A DNA stretch of 49,688 bases, taken from NCBI GenBank assembly GCA_913044215.1, contig CAJWOT010000002.1, forward strand, positions 1 through 49,688, given 5' to 3'. Of the stretch, positions 11,614 through 21,312 are shown one piece after another. Numbering within the stretch: position 1 is the first letter of the stretch; each line of letters starts with the position of its first letter. Under the pieces are notes generated by a model that ran no database searches, had not been told where the DNA came from, and saw only the letters and a list, made by a program, of their open reading frames with translations. Both the position numbers and the translations under genes were made by a program. The DNA comes from an uncultured Rhodospirillaceae bacterium. GTDB lineage: Bacteria; Pseudomonadota; Alphaproteobacteria; UBA8366; GCA-2717185.

Positions 11614-11767
11614 TGATAAGGATCCCGGTATTTGCGGACAGCGCCGCCGACTTTAGTCGGCGAGCCGCAACCCTGGCAAATAAACCGCTACCCTGGCGGC
11701 ATCGACGCCGGGATGGGCCACCGAGCCGGCTAAGATGCGCGCGGATTAACGCTGGCTGCGCGTATCC

Positions 11768-13126
11768 TTAGCTCTCGATTTCAGGCGCATCGGCCGTCGG
11801 TTCGACCCTTTCCGGCTTCCCAACCACGACGACCGTCAACTGTTTGGGATCCAGAATGCGGCGGGCGACCCGTTTCACATCCTCAAGGCTAACCGCATTG
11901 ATGAAATCGTCACGCCGGTCGATATAGTCGATCCCCAGATCGTGATACTGCATGGCGACGAGCATACGGGCGATATTGCTGGTGCTGCTTAGACGCAGGG
12001 GGAAGGACCCGTTTAGATACGTCTTCGCGTCAGCGACCTCTTCCGCACTGGGTCCGGTTTCCCGCATGCGGCCCCACTCCTCGCGAATCAGAGCGATGGA
12101 TTGCGCGACCTGATCGTTACGGGTTGCGACACCGCCGGAAATGAGTGCCGCCCGCTGCATGGGGTTCAGATAACTGTACACGCTGTAGGCAAGGCCCCGT
12201 TTCTCACGGACCTCTGTATAGAGACGTGAAGAAAACCCGCCGCCGCCCAGAATGTAGTTCATGACATAGGCTGCGTAATAGTCCGGGCTGTCCCGCCGAA
12301 TTCCCTGCTGTCCGAAGACGACAACGCTTTGAGGGATATCCATTTGAACGACGTAGGTTTCGCCCTCGGCCGCCGTTTTCGCATTGTCCGGCACTGGCTG
12401 CGGCGTTTTCTCGGGCAAATCGCCGAAAATTCGGTCCAGCATATGGGCTAACTCGGCGGCCGTTATATCGCCAACGGCGCCCACGATGAGTTTGTCGCGT
12501 GCGAACCGGCTGGCTACGAACCCGCGCAAATCATCTGCGGTGATATCGGCGATCGATCCCAAGGTCCCATCGATCGGCCGGCCATAAGGATGTTCGCCGA
12601 AGACCGCGCGACGCCAGACCCGGCTGGCGACGATGTTCGGATCCGTCGATTTCCGCTTCAGGCCTGCGGTAATCTGGCGGCGCATCCGCTCGATCGCCTC
12701 TGCATCGAAGCGCGGCTCGTTCAAGGCCAACCGCAACAGCGATACGGCTTCATCGCGGTTCCGGTTCAACGTTTTGAAACTGCCGCGGAAGGTTTCCAGT
12801 CCCGCGCTGAAACTCATGCGGATTGAAAGCCGCTCCAACCGGTCTTGGAACGCCTGGCTATCCAGGTCACCCGCACCTTCGTCAAGCAAGCTCGACACCA
12901 TGCTTGCCAGCCCGGTCTTGCCTTTTGGGTCGCCTGCCGCACCGCCACGGAATGAAAACTCGATGGCCGTAATCGGGATGGAATTGTCGCGCACCAGCCA
13001 GGCTTCAATGCCGCCAGGACTGACAACTTTTTCGACCTTGACCGCGTGCGCCGGCGCAACGGAGACCAACAGAATCGTAAGGGTAGCCAGAGAACCGACA
13101 ACCCACGAATGGACTTGCTTCATCAT
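11768..13126 (-). CDS. M16 family (pitrilysin-like) peptidase, non-catalytic-type subunit, secreted
   Basis: The signal-like N-terminus is MMKQVHSWVVGSLATLTILLVSVAPAHA. The M16 fold segments lack an HxxEH motif. It is paired with the upstream M16 gene. Confidence 0.8.
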   Translation of the reverse strand: MMKQVHSWVVGSLATLTILLVSVAPAHAVKVEKVVSPGGIEAWLVRDNSIPITAIEFSFRGGAAGDPKGKTGLASMVSSLLDEGAGDLDSQAFQDRLERLSIRMSFSAGLETFRGSFKTLNRNRDEAVSLLRLALNEPRFDAEAIERMRRQITAGLKRKSTDPNIVASRVWRRAVFGEHPYGRPIDGTLGSIADITADDLRGFVASRFARDKLIVGAVGDITAAELAHMLDRIFGDLPEKTPQPVPDNAKTAAEGETYVVQMDIPQSVVVFGQQGIRRDSPDYYAAYVMNYILGGGGFSSRLYTEVREKRGLAYSVYSYLNPMQRAALISGGVATRNDQVAQSIALIREEWGRMRETGPSAEEVADAKTYLNGSFPLRLSSTSNIARMLVAMQYHDLGIDYIDRRDDFINAVSLEDVKRVARRILDPKQLTVVVVGKPERVEPTADAPEIES

Positions 13127-13141
13127 CGCGCAATTTCTCCG

Positions 13142-14485
13142 TTACGTCGTCGGCTTCGGCAACAGCAGCGACGTTACCGATTTACGATCCTTAAAGACAT
13201 GGGCGATCGCCCGGTTGACGGCGTCAACGGTCACCATACCGATCCGCTCGGGCCAGGATTCGACATCCTCCACCGTTTGACCGATCGCGAGCGCACCGCC
13301 GAGGACCCGTGCCGGGGTCCGGTAGGAATCGCGGGCATAAATCGCTGAATCCTGCAACCGCTGCACCGCTTTTTTGACCTCTTCCTCGGTGACTCCCTTT
13401 TCGATCAGCAGATCGATCTCTTCATTCATCGCCTTGCCAGCCTCTTCCAGGTCGCCGCCCGGAGGCGGCGAGATGTAGAAACCGAAGGTGCCGGGCCCTC
13501 GCAAGCGACCGCTATACCATCCGCCGGCACTGACCGCGGCTTTGCGTTCCACAACAAGCTTTCGGTACAATCGGCTGGTCGCACCGCCGGACAGGATTTC
13601 TCCCAGCACCTGCAAGGCGTCGGCATGCTCCGTCGCCCCATGCATTTGGCTTGGCGCGATGAAGCGCCGCGACCAGGACGGTTGCCGCACCCGTGCATGT
13701 TCCAAAACGACACGCAGATCGGCGTTCAGCGGTGGTTCGGCCCATTTCACGCGTTCCGGCAAAGGTTTGGCGGGAATGGGGCCGTAATATTTTTCCGCGA
13801 GCGGACGCACCTCGTCGACCGTTATGTCGCCGGAAATCACCAGGATCGCATTGTTGGGCGCGTACCAGGCCTTGTAGAAATCGATCAAATCCTTGCGGGT
13901 GAGCCCTTCAATTTCGTGCTGCCAGCCGATGATCGGTATCTGATAGGGGTGATTCTGGAACATCACGGCGCGAATCTGTTCCCCCAACATCGACGACGGG
14001 TCCCGATCGACCCGGCTGCGCCGTTCCTCGATTACGACGGCGCGCTCCGGTTCGATTATGTCATCGGTGAGAACCAGGTTGGTCATCCGGTCGGCTTCGA
14101 TCTTCATCATCAGCGGCAACCGGTCGACCGCGACGGATTGGAAGTAGCCGGTATAGTCCTGTGAGGTAAACGCATTCTCCCGCCCGCCATTCCGCGCCAC
14201 GATGGCGGAAAATTCACCGGGTTTCAGAGACTTCGTTCCCTTGAACATCAGATGTTCAAGGTAATGCGCCAAACCGGACTTGCCCGCAGGCTCGTCCATC
14301 GCGCCGATTTTGTACCAGACCATATGAGTCACGACGGGAACGCGATGATTGGTGATAACGACCACCTGCATCCCGTTCTTCAGCGTGAAGCTCTGCGGAT
14401 TGAAAACGGCGGCCCCTGCCACAGCCGGCATTCCGGCTAGTAGAAAAAACAGGGCCAATACATAGGAAAACGCACGGCGCGACAT
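13142..14485 (-). CDS. M16 family zinc peptidase, catalytic-type subunit, secreted
   Basis: The inverted zinc motif HxxEH lies in GLAHYLEHLMFKG. The signal-like N-terminus is MSRRAFSYVLALFFLLAGMPAVAGAA, from the ATG at 14483-14485. Confidence 0.85.
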   Translation of the reverse strand: MSRRAFSYVLALFFLLAGMPAVAGAAVFNPQSFTLKNGMQVVVITNHRVPVVTHMVWYKIGAMDEPAGKSGLAHYLEHLMFKGTKSLKPGEFSAIVARNGGRENAFTSQDYTGYFQSVAVDRLPLMMKIEADRMTNLVLTDDIIEPERAVVIEERRSRVDRDPSSMLGEQIRAVMFQNHPYQIPIIGWQHEIEGLTRKDLIDFYKAWYAPNNAILVISGDITVDEVRPLAEKYYGPIPAKPLPERVKWAEPPLNADLRVVLEHARVRQPSWSRRFIAPSQMHGATEHADALQVLGEILSGGATSRLYRKLVVERKAAVSAGGWYSGRLRGPGTFGFYISPPPGGDLEEAGKAMNEEIDLLIEKGVTEEEVKKAVQRLQDSAIYARDSYRTPARVLGGALAIGQTVEDVESWPERIGMVTVDAVNRAIAHVFKDRKSVTSLLLPKPTT

Positions 14486-14594
14486 GGGGCTCCTCACGCT
14501 TGCGACAAGGGATGCAGAAGAGATGGGGGGACCGCCCTCCATCCTCAAGGGGCCGTCAGTCACGGCGCACGGTATTTTGATCCACCAGCCCCGG

Positions 14595-15203
14595 CTAAAA
14601 CAGAAGGCCAGCTTCCTTGCGTTTGATGGTCGGCGTCACGCCAGTCGTGATCGGTTTTCCGAGAACCTTGTTTTCCCGGATGCGGCGCGATTCGCCTTTG
14701 GCATCCACGACGGTGTCTATGTTCACCGGCGGCTTCGGTTCCTTATCCCGCCAGAACAGCAGTGAATCGACAAAGCTTTCGTCGGATTCGTTGACCACGC
14801 CAACCGCTTCCCGGTTGACGACATCGCGAATATTCGGATCGACATCGATGGCGCCGGTTCGTTTCAACAGGGCGACTTCGCTGCCTGAGCGGGAGCCGAT
14901 GCGGCGCCGTTGCTCAGCCCGGACATTACGCCGCGTGCGCTGCGGCTTGGCGGCGCTTTTCCCGATAACGCTCTGTTGCGCCTCGTCGCGCGGCGACACA
15001 GCCTGCGGCCGCACAGCGCCGGGGCGCGGCGGCCGAAGACCATATTCCGGCGGCAACGTCAGCGGCGCCCGTTTGACGACCGCGAATTCGTCCGGCGCCG
15101 ACTTCTCAAACCCCAGGATATTGCCGCTTCTGTCGCCGCATCCCGCCAATCCGGCAATTGCGGCGAATCCGACAACAAAAGATAAGACACTGCGAATCTT
15201 CAT
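14595..15203 (-). CDS. DUF3035-like lipoprotein
   Basis: MKIRSVLSFVVGFAAIAGLAGC carries a lipobox (LAGC). The position immediately downstream of lspA is typical of alphaproteobacterial DUF3035 lipoproteins. The family name is from memory. Confidence 0.6.
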   Translation of the reverse strand: MKIRSVLSFVVGFAAIAGLAGCGDRSGNILGFEKSAPDEFAVVKRAPLTLPPEYGLRPPRPGAVRPQAVSPRDEAQQSVIGKSAAKPQRTRRNVRAEQRRRIGSRSGSEVALLKRTGAIDVDPNIRDVVNREAVGVVNESDESFVDSLLFWRDKEPKPPVNIDTVVDAKGESRRIRENKVLGKPITTGVTPTIKRKEAGLLF

Positions 15204-15243
15204 CAATCCTCGCGTGCTATCAACGTCGTGATACTGCACCATA

Positions 15244-15714
15244 TTACTTGGTTTGTTTTTGGCCGGCAAACAATCCCTCAGCGATTATGAATATCACGCC
15301 GACGGTTATTGCCGAATCCGCAATATTGAAGGCAGGCCAGTGGTAACCGGCTACATGAAAGTCGAGAAAATCGATGACCGCTTTATGGGCCAGTCGGTCT
15401 ATCGCATTGCCAAGCGCGCCACCGATGACCAGCCCAAGCGAGACTGCCAAGAACCGGTTCTCAGCACGGCGCATCCAGAACCCCAGAAATACTGAGATCA
15501 GCGTCGCAAATGTAGCGAAAGCCGGTTGGACCCACCACGCGTCACTGGCGAACAGACCGAAGCTCACACCGCGATTGCCGACCAGGACGAAATTGAAAAA
15601 GCCAGTTACCTCGATGATCCGCGGTGGGTTCATGACTTCCGTCAGGATCACCCATTTACTGAGCTGATCAAGCGCGATGACAATCGCCGCACACCCCAAT
15701 CCAAGCGGGAGCAA
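15244..15714 (-). CDS. lspA: Lipoprotein signal peptidase II
   Basis: LDQLSKWV, NRGVSFG, GGALGNAIDR and FNIADSAI motifs are present. I prefer the TTG at 15712-15714, which is preceded by GGGAGA at 6-nt spacing and lies after the ileS stop. The track start at 15768 is also TTG and would overlap ileS by 43 nt. Confidence 0.8.
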   Translation of the reverse strand: MLPLGLGCAAIVIALDQLSKWVILTEVMNPPRIIEVTGFFNFVLVGNRGVSFGLFASDAWWVQPAFATFATLISVFLGFWMRRAENRFLAVSLGLVIGGALGNAIDRLAHKAVIDFLDFHVAGYHWPAFNIADSAITVGVIFIIAEGLFAGQKQTK

Positions 15715-15725
15715 GGCGTTTCTCC

Positions 15726-18614
15726 CTATTCGGCGGCCGTACGCATGGTACGAACCACGTCGGCGCAACGGCCGCAGACACCGGGCAATGCAGGATCGGC
15801 ACCCACGTCAGGAAGGACCCGCCAACAGCGCTCGCACTTCTCACCGGCCGCCGGGTTCACGACGACGCCGATTCCCGGCACCTCAGGCAGAGTAAAAGCG
15901 TCGTCGGGCGGCGAGCCTTCCACCAGGCTTACGCCCGACGTAATCGCAATTTCCGCCGCATCGACGCCCTGATAGGCGGCGAGCGCTTCCGCCGTCATAT
16001 ACACGGTCGGCGATGCCTGCAGGCTCGATCCGATCCGTTTCTCGGCGCGTTCAATCTCCAGCGCCCCGGTCATCACGCGCCGGACCTGACGTACGGTCTC
16101 CCACTTGGCCGCCAACTTTTCGTCCCGCCAGTTATCAGGTAGCTCGGGAAACTGCCGTAGATGCACGCTGTTGTCCGCCGCATCGCCGGTGCGCGCGAGC
16201 CAGGCTTCCTCCGCCGTGAAACAAAGAATCGGCGCGAACCAGGCGGTCAGACAGCTGAAGATCTCGTCCAGTACGGTCAATGTCGCGCGCCGGGTCGGGT
16301 TCTCCTCAGCGTCGCAATACAGGCTGTCCTTGCGGATATCGAAATAGAATGCCGAAAGATCGACCGCGCAGAAATCGTGCAATTCCCTGAAAATACGGTG
16401 GAAATCGTATTCCGACGCGCAAGACCGTACCAGCCCGTCGAGCCCGTGCAGCCGGTGCAGAATCCAGCGTTCCAATTCCGGCATATCCTCGACCGCCACC
16501 CGTGCCGACGCATCGTAGGTCCGCAAGTTTCCGAGCAGCCAGCGCAGCGTATTGCGCAGACGCCGATAGGAATCGATCAGGCGCTTGATGATCTCCGGTC
16601 CGATCTTCAGGTCTTCCGAGTAATCGGAGGCGACCACCCAGAGGCGGAGCGTCTCCGCGCCGTACTGATCGGTAACTTCCTGCGGCACCACCACGTTGCC
16701 GAGCGACTTCGACATTTTGCGGCCGTCCTCGGCCATGACGAAGCCATGGGTCAGCACGCTTTCGAACGGCGCCCGGTCGCGCGTTCCGCAGGCTTCCAGC
16801 AAAGAGGAATGAAACCAGCCGCGATGCTGGTCGGAGCCCTCTAGATAAAGCGAGGCAGGCCAATGCAAATCATTGCGGTTTTCCAGCACGAAACTGTGCG
16901 TCGAACCCGAATCGAACCAGACATCCAGGATGTCCGTGACTTGCTCATAGGCGTCCGGGTCCCGTCCGTCGCCCAGGAACCGCGCCGGCGGACCGGCGAA
17001 CCAAGCGTCCGCGCCCTCCGCTTCGAAGGCGTCCACGATCCGTTGACTGACTTCCGCATCGACCAGGATCGCACCGGTCGCTTTTTCCACGAACACGGTG
17101 ATCGGCACGCCCCAGGCCCGCTGCCGCGAGATGACCCAGTCGGGCCGCTGCTCGATCATGCTGTAAAGTCGGTTGCGGCCGCTCGCCGGGTAGAACGCCG
17201 TCTCGTCGATCGCCTTCAGCGCCTTGCCGCGCAACCCTTCCGCACCCTTCTCGTCGCCCATGGAGATGAACCATTGCGGCGTATTACGGAAGATCAGCGG
17301 CGCTTTCGAGCGCCAGGAATGCGGATATTGGTGATTCAGGCGGCCCCGCGCCATCAACGCACCGGCCTGCACCAGCATATCGATCACAGACTGGTTGGCA
17401 TCGCCTTCCTTGCCGTTCTCGTCATAAATCCGTTTCCCGGACAGAAGGGGGACGTGATCGTAATATTCGCCTCGTTCGCCCACTGTGTGCGGCACTTCCG
17501 TCAGCCCGACATCGGTGAAGACAGCGCGGTTCTGCACGAACGTATTGTAGTCGTCCGCACCGTGGCCGGGCGCGGTGTGCACGAACCCGGTGCCGGCATC
17601 GTCGGTGACATAGTCGCCCGGCAACATGGGCACGTCGTAGTCCCAGAATCCCTCACCGTCGGCAAAATCGCGGAACGGGTGCGCGCACCGAGCGATGGTG
17701 GCCGGATCGACATCGCCCTGGCGCGTCCAGGACTCAATCCGGGCCGCCTTCTGAACGCTTTCGGCCAGCATATCCGCAAGAATCAGCCTCTCGCCGGGTT
17801 TCGCCCAATTGTCTTCCGGCGCTGCCGTGATCTCATAGACGCCATATTTGATGCTGGATGAATAGACGATGGCTCTGTTCGCCGGGATCGTCCAAGGGGT
17901 CGTCGTCCAGATCAGAACGGCGGCACCGTTCAGCGCGTCCTCGGCCGTTTGGACGATCGGAAACTTCACCCAGATCGTCGGCGAGACGTGGTCTTCATAT
18001 TCGACCTCCGCCTCGGCCAGGGCCGTGCGCTCGACGACGGACCACATGACCGGCTTGGAACCGCGATAGAGCTGTCCTGATTCAGCGAATTTTAGAAGTT
18101 CCGCGGCGATCTGTGCTTCGGCGTGATAGGCCATCGTCGTGTACGGATCATCCCAATCGCCGACGACGCCCATGCGCTTGAATTCCTCGCGCTGCACATC
18201 GATCCAGTGATCGGCAAATTCGCGGCACTCCTGCCGAAATTCGACGATCGGCACTTCGTCCTTGTCGCGGCCTTCTTCGCGATACTTTTCCTCGATCTTC
18301 CACTCGATCGGCAAGCCGTGACAATCCCAGCCCGGCACGTAGTGCGCGTCCTTGCCGCGCATCTGCTCAAACCGATTGATGATGTCCTTTAGGATCTTAT
18401 TGAGCGCGTGGCCGATATGCAGATGGCCGTTCGCGTAGGGCGGGCCGTCATGCAGGATAAAGGGGTCGCGCCCCGCCGACTGCGCGCGCATCTGCCCCCA
18501 GAGGTCGATATCCGCCCAGCGCGCCAGCAATTCCGGCTCGCGTTTCGGCAAGCCGGCCTTCATCGGGAAATCCGTCTTCGGCAGGAAGACCGTATCCTTG
18601 TAATCCGCGCTCAT
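15726..18614 (-). CDS. ileS: Isoleucine--tRNA ligase
   Basis: The class I HIGH motif (PYANGHLHIGHALN) and KMSKS motif (RKMSKSLGN) are present, with C-terminal Cys pairs (CERCWR...CGRC). The protein is 962 aa. Confidence 0.97.
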   Translation of the reverse strand: MSADYKDTVFLPKTDFPMKAGLPKREPELLARWADIDLWGQMRAQSAGRDPFILHDGPPYANGHLHIGHALNKILKDIINRFEQMRGKDAHYVPGWDCHGLPIEWKIEEKYREEGRDKDEVPIVEFRQECREFADHWIDVQREEFKRMGVVGDWDDPYTTMAYHAEAQIAAELLKFAESGQLYRGSKPVMWSVVERTALAEAEVEYEDHVSPTIWVKFPIVQTAEDALNGAAVLIWTTTPWTIPANRAIVYSSSIKYGVYEITAAPEDNWAKPGERLILADMLAESVQKAARIESWTRQGDVDPATIARCAHPFRDFADGEGFWDYDVPMLPGDYVTDDAGTGFVHTAPGHGADDYNTFVQNRAVFTDVGLTEVPHTVGERGEYYDHVPLLSGKRIYDENGKEGDANQSVIDMLVQAGALMARGRLNHQYPHSWRSKAPLIFRNTPQWFISMGDEKGAEGLRGKALKAIDETAFYPASGRNRLYSMIEQRPDWVISRQRAWGVPITVFVEKATGAILVDAEVSQRIVDAFEAEGADAWFAGPPARFLGDGRDPDAYEQVTDILDVWFDSGSTHSFVLENRNDLHWPASLYLEGSDQHRGWFHSSLLEACGTRDRAPFESVLTHGFVMAEDGRKMSKSLGNVVVPQEVTDQYGAETLRLWVVASDYSEDLKIGPEIIKRLIDSYRRLRNTLRWLLGNLRTYDASARVAVEDMPELERWILHRLHGLDGLVRSCASEYDFHRIFRELHDFCAVDLSAFYFDIRKDSLYCDAEENPTRRATLTVLDEIFSCLTAWFAPILCFTAEEAWLARTGDAADNSVHLRQFPELPDNWRDEKLAAKWETVRQVRRVMTGALEIERAEKRIGSSLQASPTVYMTAEALAAYQGVDAAEIAITSGVSLVEGSPPDDAFTLPEVPGIGVVVNPAAGEKCERCWRVLPDVGADPALPGVCGRCADVVRTMRTAAE

Positions 18615-18696
18615 TGCACGGGCTCCATTTCCGCCATAATCCTTGGTTTTCCGCCTATTGGCGGGCGCGCGATCCTATGCGTGGCCCGTTATGAGG

Positions 18697-19653
18697 TCAA
18701 GACGCGCCAGCGGCGCGTACGGTGAGGACTCGGCGGGCCGTCGCACCGTCTTCGTCGATCTGGGCCTTCAGCGCCTCCAGACCGTCGAATTTCCGTTCCG
18801 GCCGCAAATATTCGATCAGTGCAATCCGCAGGTTCTGGCCGTAGAGATCGCCCTCGAAGTCGAAAAGATGCACCTCCAACAGCAGGCTGTCACCGCCGAT
18901 GGTCGGCCGGTTGCCGAAATTGGCGACACCATCGATCCAACGCAGATCACCGCCTTCCTCCAGTCCGGCCCGAATAGCGTACACGCCGCGCGCCGGCCGT
19001 ATGTAGTCCGCAATATCAATGTTGGCGGTTGGAAATCCGAGGGTGCGGCCGCGCTTGTCGCCATGTTCGACCGTGCCTTCGATTTCGAAGGGCCGGCCCA
19101 GCATCGCTGCGGCATGACCCGGTTTCCCGGTTTCCAGTTGCTCGCGGATATGGCTGGAGGAATAAATCTCCGCGTCGGCGGACGCGACCGGGGCTACCGT
19201 CATAACCGCATATCCGTTCTTTTCGCCCAGCGCTTCAAGCAACGCGGTATCACCGCTGCGCTGATGGCCGAACCGGAAATCCTGCCCGACGACGACCTGT
19301 TTGGCGGCGAGACCTCGGACAATCACATGCTCGATGAACGCTTCACCGCCCAATTGCGAAAGCGCTTCATCGAAGGTCAGTGCGATCAGGGCATCGACCC
19401 CCAACGCTTCGATGTGGTGCGCCTTGTTCTGAAACGGCGTCAGTCGGAACGGCGCATCGTGCGGCCGGAAAAAACTTCGTGGATGCGGTTCGAATGTCAA
19501 AACAACCAAGGGGGCTTCCGCCTGACGCGCCAGATCGCCGCCGCAACCGATAACAGCCTGATGCCCGCGATGCACACCGTCGAAATTGCCCAGCACTACG
19601 ACGCCCGCGCGCGCGCTTTCCGGAACTTTTTCAAGGTCCCTGATGATTTGCAT
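18697..19653 (-). CDS. ribF: Bifunctional riboflavin kinase / FMN adenylyltransferase
   Basis: GNFDGVHRGHQ (FAD synthetase) and the C-terminal riboflavin kinase segment GFPTANI are present. The ATG at 19651-19653 gives MQIIRDLEK.... The track start at 19659 is a TTG two codons upstream. Confidence 0.92.
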   Translation of the reverse strand: MQIIRDLEKVPESARAGVVVLGNFDGVHRGHQAVIGCGGDLARQAEAPLVVLTFEPHPRSFFRPHDAPFRLTPFQNKAHHIEALGVDALIALTFDEALSQLGGEAFIEHVIVRGLAAKQVVVGQDFRFGHQRSGDTALLEALGEKNGYAVMTVAPVASADAEIYSSSHIREQLETGKPGHAAAMLGRPFEIEGTVEHGDKRGRTLGFPTANIDIADYIRPARGVYAIRAGLEEGGDLRWIDGVANFGNRPTIGGDSLLLEVHLFDFEGDLYGQNLRIALIEYLRPERKFDGLEALKAQIDEDGATARRVLTVRAAGAS

Positions 19654-19760
19654 ATTCAATCCGCCTTTCGTCCCCCGGATGGGCCGAACCTATCGCGCCC
19701 GTGCGAAACTGTGTAGCGGAATTCCGTAGCGACGGATTCTGTGGCTGCTATAATCCGGCC

Positions 19761-20252
19761 ATGCCACTGCCGCATGCGTTCAAAGCCGACCCCCATGACC
19801 ATCAGCTTTGCGTCGATGAAGCGATCGAGGTCGCGACCCGAATCTGCGCCGAGCGCGGCATGCGGTTCACAAAAATCCGCGAGCGCGTGCTGACCCTGGT
19901 CTGGAGCGGCCATCAACCGATCGGCGCCTATGCGATCCTGAAGGCTCTGCAGTCGGAGTATCCGCGCGCGGCTCCACCAACCGTCTACCGCGCGCTCGAC
20001 TTCCTAATCGAGATCGGTCTGATTCACCGGATCGAATCGATGAATGCCTTCGTCGGCTGCACCCACCCCGATGAGCGACATGCCGGCCAGTTTTTAATCT
20101 GCAAAAACTGCGGTGCCGCGGCCGAATTGGACGATCCGCAGATAAACGATGCGGTACAGCGCACTGCCGGCGCGCTTGGCTTCCTGGCGCAACGCCAGAT
20201 GATCGAAGTTACGGGATTGTGCCCGGATTGCCGGCCCGCTGCGACCGGATAG
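19761..20252 (+). CDS. zur: Fur-family zinc uptake regulator
   Basis: A winged-helix segment (RFTKIRERVLTLVW...PPTVYRALDFLIEIGLIHRIE) is followed by CxxC pairs (CKNCG ... CPDC). It sits immediately upstream of a His-rich COG0523 GTPase, the classic Zur context. Confidence 0.75.
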   Translation: MPLPHAFKADPHDHQLCVDEAIEVATRICAERGMRFTKIRERVLTLVWSGHQPIGAYAILKALQSEYPRAAPPTVYRALDFLIEIGLIHRIESMNAFVGCTHPDERHAGQFLICKNCGAAAELDDPQINDAVQRTAGALGFLAQRQMIEVTGLCPDCRPAATG

Positions 20253-20256
20253 AAGC

Positions 20257-21312
20257 ATGACCGAAGTTCAAATTCACGAATCCGGCGAACGGATACCGAT
20301 TTCTGTTCTCACCGGCTTCCTGGGCAGCGGCAAGACGACCTTGCTGTCGCGCCTGCTGCGCGACCCCGCGATGAGCGACACAGCCGTCGTTATCAATGAG
20401 TTCGGTGAAGTCGGCCTGGATCACATGCTGGTCGAGTCGTCGAGCGACGATGTGATCGTGATGGATAGCGGCTGCCTGTGCTGTACGATTCGCAGCGATT
20501 TGGTCGACACGCTGCGCAGCCTGTTCCGCCGCCGGGTGACCGGCGAGATCCCGGATTTTGCGCGGCTGGTCATCGAAACGACAGGCCTGGCCGATCCCGC
20601 CCCGATCCTGCACACCTTGATGACGGACCCGCTATTGGCGGCACGCTATAGGCTGGACGCCGTCATCACGACGGTGGACGGCGTAAACGCGTTCAATCAG
20701 TTGGATACCCAATTCGAGCCGATCAAACAGGCCGCGGTCGCGGACCGGCTGCTCATAACCAAACGCGACCTGATCGATGAGGACAAAACGGCAGCGCTGA
20801 CCGAGAGGCTGCGCGCGATAAACCCCGCCGCGCCCATTCACCCGATCACGCAAGGCGCGATCGATCCGGACACGCTGTTCGGCGCCGGCCTGTACGACCC
20901 CGAAACCAAATCTCCGGATGTCGCCCGCTGGCTCAAGGAGGAGGCCTACGCGGCGGCGCATGACGACCATCATCACCATCACGAAGACGTCAATCGCCAT
21001 GATGACCGTATCCGGTCCTTTTGCCTGACGTCGGAGACGCGCATGCCCTGGGACGCGTTCGCGGACTGGATGGAAGCCCTGATCTCGACCCATGGCGAAG
21101 CCTTGCTGCGAATAAAGGGCATTCTTCACGTCACGGATACGGACAATCCGGTGGCGGTGCACGGGGTACAGCATATCTTTCATCCGCCGGCGATGCTGGA
21201 CGCTTGGCCCGACGACGACCGGCGCAGCCGTATCGTGATGATTACCCGCGATCTCAATCGGGAGCCCGTCGAGCAAATGTTCCGCGCCTTCGTCGAAGCG
21301 AACCAAACGTGA
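20257..21312 (+). CDS. CobW/COG0523-family metal-chaperone GTPase with His-rich insert
   Basis: The P-loop is GFLGSGKTTLL and the CxCC motif is GCLCCT. The His-rich stretch is AAHDDHHHHHEDVNRHDD (about 20957-21007). A CobW C-terminal domain follows. Confidence 0.88.
   Translation: MTEVQIHESGERIPISVLTGFLGSGKTTLLSRLLRDPAMSDTAVVINEFGEVGLDHMLVESSSDDVIVMDSGCLCCTIRSDLVDTLRSLFRRRVTGEIPDFARLVIETTGLADPAPILHTLMTDPLLAARYRLDAVITTVDGVNAFNQLDTQFEPIKQAAVADRLLITKRDLIDEDKTAALTERLRAINPAAPIHPITQGAIDPDTLFGAGLYDPETKSPDVARWLKEEAYAAAHDDHHHHHEDVNRHDDRIRSFCLTSETRMPWDAFADWMEALISTHGEALLRIKGILHVTDTDNPVAVHGVQHIFHPPAMLDAWPDDDRRSRIVMITRDLNREPVEQMFRAFVEANQT

Noticed and set aside
11640-11662. A hairpin (CGCCGAC-TTTA-GTCGGCG) between the carboxylase start and the M16 gene stop.
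   Set aside because: It is a short 7-bp stem with no flanking U-tract on the relevant (-) strand. That is insufficient for a terminator call.
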